Positions 58,250-64,000 of a stretch of DNA of 64,000 bases are shown piece after piece. Made by a program: the position numbers and the translations under genes. Each line of letters begins with the position of its first letter. Position 1 is the first letter of the stretch. Under the pieces are notes generated by a model. It was not told where the DNA came from, did not search any database, and saw nothing but the letters and a program-made list of their open reading frames with translations. Source of the stretch: Candidatus Omnitrophota bacterium (GTDB taxonomy: Bacteria > Omnitrophota > Omnitrophia > Omnitrophales > Aquincolibacteriaceae); the NCBI GenBank assembly GCA_016930235.1, contig JAFGHI010000010.1, forward strand, positions 250 to 64,249, written 5' to 3'.

Positions 58250-58428
58250 TTGATGGATACACGACGCAAATTGTCTTCTTCTCCCGTCCGGACTTTACCG
58301 TCGGCACCTGAATTCCACAGGTTCAGTTTTCCTGAATACTCTCAAGAAAAGTCGCGGGCTTTCACCGCCGGTCTGGATTTGTGCTTTCCTAAATCCTTTA
58401 CGCACTCACCATGCCCCGAAGATTGGCC
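58250..58428 (-). promoter_or_regulatory. FMN riboswitch (RFN element) aptamer
   Basis: On the minus strand, ...TCTTCGGGGCATGGTGAG...GGCGGTGAAAGCCCGCGAC...GGAATTCAGGTGCCGACGGTAAAGTCCGGACGGGAGAAGAAG matches conserved RFN blocks (GGTGAAA.TCCC ; CCGACAGTGAAAGTCTGGATGGGAGAAGGA). Confidence 0.75.
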
Positions 58429-58595
58429 GTATGATATCAGGAACCCTTTTTATTGTCAAACTTTTAAAGGGATTTAATATATCGTATCTTGTTTATATAT
58501 AGTTAGTTACGACATATTTCGTGTCCTGTTTTTTTGACTGTTTTTATTTACGTGTTACTATTTAATTAAGGGCACCTTCGGGTGCTCTTAAGGGA

Positions 58596-58690
58596 TTCTG
58601 ATAAAGGCAAACCCGGAGCAATCCGGGGACGCAAAGCCACAGATCCCGTAGAAGCTCAAGTTTATACGGGATGGCTGGGTTACCAAGTCC
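58596..58690 (+). promoter_or_regulatory. c-di-GMP-I (GEMM) riboswitch aptamer, copy 1
   Basis: AAAGGCAAACC-[CCCGGA GCAA TCCGGG]-GACGCAAAGCC-[ACAGATCCCGTA...TACGGGATGGCTG]-GGTTACC reproduces the Vc2-type blocks GGCAAACC / GGGACGCAAAGCC / GGGUUACC. P2 is capped by a GNRA tetraloop. Confidence 0.8.
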
Positions 58691-58718
58691 TCGCGGATCT
58701 TTTACAGATCGGTAGCGA

Positions 58719-58872
58719 TTCTGAAAAAGGCAAACCCGGAGTAATCCGGGGACGTCCCGTCAAACTGCTCGCGCAGCTTGAGGGACTGCGTCATCCCTTC
58801 GGGGATGATCGTAGCAAAGCCACAGACCCCGTAAAAACTCAAGTTTATGCGGGGTGGCTGGGTTACCAAATC
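58719..58872 (+). promoter_or_regulatory. c-di-GMP-I (GEMM) riboswitch aptamer, copy 2, with ~60-nt insertion
   Basis: The same conserved blocks are present (GGCAAACC, CCCGGA GTAA TCCGGG, CAAAGCC, GGTTACC). A compensatory change in the P3 stem (CCCCGTA/TGCGGGG versus CCCGTA/TACGGG) supports RNA structure. An insertion forming two hairpins (CGCAG...CTGCG ; CATCCC TTCG GGGATG) sits between GGGGACG and CAAAGCC. Downstream, CCTCA...TGAGG can occlude the GAGGGGAGGA SD. Confidence 0.65.
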
Positions 58873-58925
58873 CGCCAGAATTTGGCCGAATCAGAACCTC
58901 AGTCTTGTTGAGGGGAGGATTCGGC

Positions 58926-59501
58926 GTGTCAAAGAAAGTCGCGGCTAAATGGGTACGCGCATTGAGCCTGGTCATAGTCTTCACACTTTTTTTGTCCAGT
59001 AAAGCAACTGCCCAAATGACGGGCCGGGCCCTCTCCTTCCAAGATCTAGCCAGTCAACTCCATTCTCCGGAAGAAATTGCACATTTTATGTGGAAACATT
59101 TCGTCTTCGAAAAAGACCAGCGGCTTTTCGGCGAGGAAGAATACTGGCAATCTCCCGAGGAATTTTTTGAAAACCGGAAAGGCGATTGCGAGGATTTTGC
59201 TCTCTTTGCTCAGGCTATCCTTAAAACCAAGGGAGTCACCTCATTTCTGATGAATATTTACGGTTCACAATTTGCTCATACGGTTCTTGTCTTTAAAGAG
59301 GACGGTAAATACAACGTTGTTGACGGAACAAAGGTCAAAAGATACGAAGCCGAAGGTTTAAGGGAACTCGCCGACAAGATCCATCCGAAGTGGGATAAGA
59401 GTGCTATCGTCAAACCGGCCAAGGAATCGAAACACGGACAGATTCTCGCGCAATTCGCGAAGGAAGCCAAGATCAAACGCTCGATGCGTTCTAGCGCCTA
59501 G
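58926..59501 (+). CDS. secreted transglutaminase-fold cysteine peptidase, BTLCP/LapG-like
   Basis: A GTG start lies 6 nt after the GGAGGA SD. There is a signal peptide (…LSSKATA|Q). The putative Cys-His-Asp triad is GDCEDFA ... FAHTVLV ... VVDGT. Its spacing (~36 and ~15 aa) resembles that of LapG-type bacterial transglutaminase-like cysteine proteinases. Confidence 0.6.
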   Translation: MSKKVAAKWVRALSLVIVFTLFLSSKATAQMTGRALSFQDLASQLHSPEEIAHFMWKHFVFEKDQRLFGEEEYWQSPEEFFENRKGDCEDFALFAQAILKTKGVTSFLMNIYGSQFAHTVLVFKEDGKYNVVDGTKVKRYEAEGLRELADKIHPKWDKSAIVKPAKESKHGQILAQFAKEAKIKRSMRSSA

Positions 59502-60939
59502 GTTGTTTACGCCTCTCGACTAAAGCAGGACCTTTTTCAAGCAACCTTTTTGCGATGACCATACAGGTCTTTACAATAATTGCTAAATCTAAATTGAAGC
59601 TGAGGTGTTCGAGATAATACAGGTCATAGTCCATGTTCTCATGGATGAGGAGCCTTTTCCTGTCATCGCTGATCTGCCATAAACCCGTCATCCCGGGCTT
59701 GACCGTTAATCTTTCCCGTTCAAGCGGGCCGTATTTTTCTACCAGAAAAGGCATCTCAGGACGCGGACCGACGAGACTCATGTCCCCTTGGATCACATTA
59801 ACAAGCTGCGGCAGTTCATCCAGTCCTGATTTTCTCAAAAGACCGGCAAAGGGATTGATGATCTTTGATTTCTTCGAAAGCTCTGGGGAAATTTCATGCT
59901 CTTTGGTCCCCGATTTGAGCGTTCTGAATTTGAACATTGTAAATTTCCTGTGATCCTGCCCTATCCGGACTTGCCTGAAAATGGGCGACTGTTTTGAATC
60001 GATCCGCAAAGAAACCCAAATGGCAAGAAGGATTGGAGATAACAGAAAAAGCAAGGTCGAAGCGATTAAAATATCCAGGACCCTTTTGGTGACCATATAG
60101 GAGCTGCGGACAAAACCTTTGCGGAAACTCACAAGCGGTATGCCTCCGATATTTTGAAGTTCTGCCCGTTCAATATGAAACTGATAGAGCGACGGGATAC
60201 TCCAGCACTCAATCTCAAGTTCACGACAAAGCTGGTAAACCTCAATAATTTCATGTTCTTTTAATCCCCGGTGGGCGATGAAAAGAATGGAAGCTTCACG
60301 CTTTTTTTTGAGCTTCTTCAGCTCTTTCAAGTCTCCGAATACCGGAAGATTATCCGGTTTCTTGACCAATTTGGAAATATCGTCATCGAGAAAGCCCAAA
60401 ACACGAATGCCCAGCTTGGGAGATTGATGGATCCACCGTTCTAATCTCTGGCCGTGATACCCCGCTCCATAAATCAATGCATGCCGGTTGGCAATCCCCT
60501 GACGATTGAACCAGGCAAAAAGATGCCGCATTGCAAAACGTTCAATGCTGATCACCCATAATGAAACAAACATCGAATAAAAGGTCGCCAATCGCGAAAA
60601 CTCGCTTTCACGATAAAAGAAAGAAACCGCAAAAACAAAAAAGTAAATCGACCAAATCCCCTTAAAGATCAGACTTTGTTCTTCGACACCGATAACACCC
60701 ATTTCCGGTTTATAGAGCCCGATCGCTTGAAAGACAATGAGGGCAACCACGGGAAGGGCCCAAACAATCGGCAGGAAATCCGAGAAATACTGCCAATTCC
60801 CATGCCACGGGAAAGTAATCCAAAACCAATAACCGATCACAAGGGAAGCCTGAAAACAGACAAAATCTGCAGCCATCATCAGCAACGTCAGCCCATAAAA
60901 GGTTTTTCCCTCAAAAGCTTTCATTTTACCTTCTTCCAA
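59491..60939 (-). CDS. undecaprenyl-phosphate sugar phosphotransferase (WbaP/polyprenyl glycosylphosphotransferase family)
   Basis: 482 aa with N-terminal TM helices, a central CoA-binding-like domain and a C-terminal bacterial sugar transferase motif (DELPQLVNVIQGDMSLVGPRP). Confidence 0.85.
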   Translation of the reverse strand: MEEGKMKAFEGKTFYGLTLLMMAADFVCFQASLVIGYWFWITFPWHGNWQYFSDFLPIVWALPVVALIVFQAIGLYKPEMGVIGVEEQSLIFKGIWSIYFFVFAVSFFYRESEFSRLATFYSMFVSLWVISIERFAMRHLFAWFNRQGIANRHALIYGAGYHGQRLERWIHQSPKLGIRVLGFLDDDISKLVKKPDNLPVFGDLKELKKLKKKREASILFIAHRGLKEHEIIEVYQLCRELEIECWSIPSLYQFHIERAELQNIGGIPLVSFRKGFVRSSYMVTKRVLDILIASTLLFLLSPILLAIWVSLRIDSKQSPIFRQVRIGQDHRKFTMFKFRTLKSGTKEHEISPELSKKSKIINPFAGLLRKSGLDELPQLVNVIQGDMSLVGPRPEMPFLVEKYGPLERERLTVKPGMTGLWQISDDRKRLLIHENMDYDLYYLEHLSFNLDLAIIVKTCMVIAKRLLEKGPALVERRKQPRR

Positions 60940-61684
60940 TTTTCTCTAAGAATACTTGATAAAAAAAATAGGGATTGCCAAAAACATACCGCTGAAACAA
61001 CCGAACCGGGTCCTGCAAGAGCCGGTAGAGCCACTCCATCTGCATTCGGATCATCCACTCCGGTGCCCTCTTAAGGACACCTGAAGTATAATCAAAAACA
61101 GCGCCCCCCGTCAAAAATATCCGCGCATCCAACTTCTCCCAATATTGATTTAACCATTCTTCTTGAAGAGGCATCCCGAAACCCAGGATCAGGATATCCG
61201 GCTTAAGCCGATTGATCTCCTCAATCACGGCCTCATTTTCTTTCCCTTCCTTCTCAAAATATCCGTCCCGGTATCCCCTGACCTGCAAGTTGGGGATCTT
61301 CTCACGTAAGGCATCCCGGGCCTTTTCAGCAATCCCCGGTTTACCGCCAAGAAAATAGAAACTGTAATTCTTGCCAGCGCACCAATCGGCCAGTTCCCAA
61401 ATCCACCGGGCATAAGTCACCTTGGGCGGCGGCCCATAGCCTTTCCATTTGAGGGCCCAGCGGACACCATCACCATCACAAAAAACCAGCGGTGCCTTCC
61501 TGAACAAATCAGACATCCATGAACGTTGGATCGCCAGATTCATGGCATTCACATTGACATTCAGCACCAAGGCTTTTTCCTGATGATCAATCACTTGGCT
61601 GATATAATTGTGAATCTCCGCCGTCCCGACCTTATGAACCGGGACCCCTAAAATCTCTTGTTTTTCATACGAGTGGGATATCAT
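60926..61684 (-). CDS. WecB/TagA/CpsF-family glycosyltransferase
   Basis: 252 aa showing the family pattern (VNVNAMNLA ... FLGGKPG ... GFGMPLQEEW). Confidence 0.8.
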   Translation of the reverse strand: MISHSYEKQEILGVPVHKVGTAEIHNYISQVIDHQEKALVLNVNVNAMNLAIQRSWMSDLFRKAPLVFCDGDGVRWALKWKGYGPPPKVTYARWIWELADWCAGKNYSFYFLGGKPGIAEKARDALREKIPNLQVRGYRDGYFEKEGKENEAVIEEINRLKPDILILGFGMPLQEEWLNQYWEKLDARIFLTGGAVFDYTSGVLKRAPEWMIRMQMEWLYRLLQDPVRLFQRYVFGNPYFFYQVFLEKIGRR

Positions 61685-61748
61685 GATGCCTGTCCTCGTT
61701 AAATCCTTCTTTTATCTATCGACGTATTGGCTTTAAAGTTATAGCCTT

Positions 61749-62414
61749 TCATGATTGAAAACCATCATAGGCAACAAAAGATTTGACCAAGCCCATGAAT
61801 CTTTCTTCCTTAATGAACGCTCCAGGAAAAAGGGCTTGGATATCCTTTTTACGAAGAAGATGGATGGAATCAATAAGGGCTTCCGCCTTCTTACGGTCCG
61901 TCTCTTTTTTCTGCCATCCGAGGGCAAAACCCTGAACCAATTTTATCCTGCAAATCCTGGGAAGGAATTGGAAGAACGGAAACAAGAAATGCGGTTCGAT
62001 GGGAAAATACCGATTGGGCGTTTGAATATAAAAGCGTTTCCCCACACGCCTGATTTCACGGGCCATCGCGGTTTGATGTTCGATCGACCCCACATGCTCA
62101 AGGACCGAATTAGAAAAAACAATGTCAAATTTCTTATCCTGATATTCGGGCATCGAACGCCCATCCCCCCGACAGGCAACCAAGTTCGAAGCGTCCGTCC
62201 GCACGTCTTCAGGATTCAACAGGGTTATCTGAAAATCCGGATTGTCGAGAAGGCCAAAACTTCGCCAAAAAGTCTCCGTACCTCCGACATCTAAAACCCT
62301 AAGGGGTTTAGGCAACGGTTCAATCAGCTTAAGAAATTCCGCCATTCGTCTTTCTCGAAATTTGAATGAGATCGACTTATGACTGCGATAATCCGCCCAC
62401 GAAGGAAGTGTCAT
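61749..62414 (-). CDS. class I SAM-dependent methyltransferase
   Basis: Carries a VLDVGGTETF SAM motif. The start is ambiguous between 62414 and MAEFLK at 62345. Confidence 0.7.
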   Translation of the reverse strand: MTLPSWADYRSHKSISFKFRERRMAEFLKLIEPLPKPLRVLDVGGTETFWRSFGLLDNPDFQITLLNPEDVRTDASNLVACRGDGRSMPEYQDKKFDIVFSNSVLEHVGSIEHQTAMAREIRRVGKRFYIQTPNRYFPIEPHFLFPFFQFLPRICRIKLVQGFALGWQKKETDRKKAEALIDSIHLLRKKDIQALFPGAFIKEERFMGLVKSFVAYDGFQS

Positions 62415-63723
62415 CTCTTTTTCTTTCCTGTTGCCAGGAAACCCATCTCCTCATCACATTCAGATGAAATGCCTCAAAAAGTCCAACCCACGAAAAGTAA
62501 AGGAAGGCCAAAAGTTGCGGCGCATCCAAATCATCGGTCGCCATCCAAATCGTCATGGCAAACAAGATTGCCCCCAAGCCCCTCCAAAAAAGAAACAAGT
62601 TTCGCTGAGTCACCACATAGTTCTTTAAACCGTACCATCTAACCATTAAGACTGCCTGAAGGATAAGAAATAAGATAAACCCCGCTAGACCTGTCTTATA
62701 AAGAAGCGATAAATAGGTCGAATGGGATCCGATAGGGATAGAAAAAGCAGAGGCATCCCTTTCCTTTAAACCAAACCCGAAAATCCAATCGACCCCCTCG
62801 AATTGTTCAAGGCTGTATTCATATAAAGCCAAACGGTTCGTGGTACTTCCCTCCCGCGCACTTAAAAGCCATGCCAAAGCACCCTCAATCCAAGGCATCG
62901 CCAAAAACAACAGCCCCAGAAAGAGCAGCATCCACAAAATAAAATATCGCCTCTGTAAAAATAACATCATAATGACGCTTGCCATGAAAGCAACGAGACA
63001 AGTTCTGGAAAGACACATAACCAATCCTGCAAAGTTAACGATAAAAAGAAAGAGAAAAACGGGATGACCTAACTTTCTTTCAACCGCCGCCCATGTCATC
63101 AGCGAGAGCAGGATAATCACCATGACACCTCCGGTCGCCGTGGAATACGGTGTCAACGCCATAAAACGGGGCCGTAACCCTTCAGCAAACCAATCCCAAT
63201 GAAGCGGTTTCATGACTAACGAATTCAAGACCAAGGTTTCCTTTCCTAGATAATCTGTCAGTCCATAAAGGGGCGTTTTGATAGCAATTTCCTGATGGAC
63301 GAAGAACGCCGCAAAAGCCGTTGCCAGGACTAAAAAAGACATCAACCACGCGAACCGGTAAAACACCGAAAGCAGCGACCGGATATCCTTTAATTCAAAA
63401 GCATTGGTCAAGACCACCACGAGCATCAAACCCACTCCCCAAAAACTGAGATTATATAGGGAAGCGACAACACGTTTGCCTTCCGCCGTGGGAGCGTGGA
63501 TCAGGATGGAAAAGGCATAGATCAAGAAAAGGCCCAGGAGCAGAAAGAAGGAAGGCATCAAAACAACCCCCTGGTCTTCTGTGTTTGAAACAAAGATTAG
63601 CCGGATGAAAAGATAAAGGGTAACGGCATGAAAGATAAAAAGGTTCAAACCGAGCGCCCACCAGCAAACAGCACCCACCACAGTCCACTTCCAGACACGA
63701 AAAAAATGGTTGGCTTCTGTCAT
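62377..63723 (-). CDS. O-antigen ligase/polymerase family membrane protein (Wzy_C)
   Basis: A 448-aa polytopic protein with a large periplasmic loop. It has the LSRTCLVAF and GSHSTYLSLL motifs characteristic of the O-antigen ligase family. Confidence 0.75.
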   Translation of the reverse strand: MTEANHFFRVWKWTVVGAVCWWALGLNLFIFHAVTLYLFIRLIFVSNTEDQGVVLMPSFFLLLGLFLIYAFSILIHAPTAEGKRVVASLYNLSFWGVGLMLVVVLTNAFELKDIRSLLSVFYRFAWLMSFLVLATAFAAFFVHQEIAIKTPLYGLTDYLGKETLVLNSLVMKPLHWDWFAEGLRPRFMALTPYSTATGGVMVIILLSLMTWAAVERKLGHPVFLFLFIVNFAGLVMCLSRTCLVAFMASVIMMLFLQRRYFILWMLLFLGLLFLAMPWIEGALAWLLSAREGSTTNRLALYEYSLEQFEGVDWIFGFGLKERDASAFSIPIGSHSTYLSLLYKTGLAGFILFLILQAVLMVRWYGLKNYVVTQRNLFLFWRGLGAILFAMTIWMATDDLDAPQLLAFLYFSWVGLFEAFHLNVMRRWVSWQQERKRDDTSFVGGLSQS

Positions 63724-64000
63724 GGTTTAAGCCGGATCACTTCTTCATAAAGCATCTGATACCGTTTTAACATTTCCTGAAAAGAATATTTTTTCTCGTA
63801 ATGGCGAAACGCGCTCTCACCCATTTCCAGGATCTTTTGCTCGTCTTGCAACAATCGGACAAGTCCTTTCCGAAGAGCACCGCTATTTTTGGAAGGTGCG
63901 AGAAGTCCCGTTTCATTCTCAAGAATCATGTCCCGGCTCCCGGGAATGTCGGTAGCCAAAACACATTTATGCGCGGCATAGGCTTCCAGGATTGAAAGCG
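63720..64000 (-). CDS. glycosyltransferase family 1/4, C-terminal fragment (gene continues beyond window end)
   Basis: The C-terminal ...GSRDMILENETGLLAPSKNSGALRKGLVRLL... is typical of a GT4 C-terminus. The reading frame is open up to the window edge. Confidence 0.55.
   Translation of the reverse strand, partial: LSILEAYAAHKCVLATDIPGSRDMILENETGLLAPSKNSGALRKGLVRLLQDEQKILEMGESAFRHYEKKYSFQEMLKRYQMLYEEVIRLKP

Noticed and set aside
58570-58588. GGGCACC TTCG GGTGCTC hairpin just upstream of the GEMM aptamers.
   Set aside because: There is no adjacent U-tract on either strand, so it was not called as a terminator. It may be part of the riboswitch leader or a transcript-stabilising 5' stem.

Overview
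This 64 kb window is a gene-dense, mostly minus-strand chromosomal segment of a bacterium. Low GC content, a giant ORF and PVC/Omnitrophota-like gene content suggest an uncultivated lineage, but that is inference.

From the 5' end the window holds:
- A complete purine operon (purD' purM purF purL purQ purS purC purB), then tRNA-Glu(CUC).
- xerD, a lipoprotein, ligA, acyP, a SpoU-family methyltransferase and a stand-alone PilZ protein, then tRNA-Pro(CGG).
- A divergent gshA-like/gshB pair converging on a truncated dcw/mra cluster. In that cluster an extra STAS-domain gene sits between mraZ and rsmH.
- A four-gene module whose head is a ParA/MinD ATPase fused to an AMPK-beta-type glycogen-binding domain (CBM48).
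- apbE, two tandem CNNM/CorC paralogs and nadD-proA-proB-obg-rpmA-rplU.
- A nitrilase, a DUF547 protein, trxB and a BFN nuclease preceded by an L7/L12-CTD-like coiled-coil protein.
- cbiX, a thioredoxin-like ferredoxin and a small exosortase-associated-like secreted protein.
- A single uninterrupted 13,992-nt ORF (39968..53959, minus) encoding a 4663-aa signal-peptide-bearing, multi-pass membrane protein.

The giant protein contains an internal tandem duplication of a ~410-aa unit and an embedded PEP-utilizing phosphohistidine/TIM-barrel module. It also carries ten copies of the exact pentapeptide RSELR. These copies are conserved at amino-acid level but not codon level, which makes them candidate processing or recognition sites that delimit modules.

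Upstream of the giant gene lies a riboflavin operon (ribBA-ribH-nusB-ribD-ribE) led by an FMN riboswitch. Beyond it, two tandem c-di-GMP-I (GEMM) riboswitch aptamers precede a secreted LapG-like transglutaminase-fold cysteine peptidase. The second aptamer carries a ~60-nt insertion. An exopolysaccharide/O-antigen-type locus follows (WbaP-like, WecB/TagA, methyltransferase, Wzy/O-antigen ligase, GT4 fragment).

No CRISPR arrays, rRNA genes, IS elements or prophage genes were seen.
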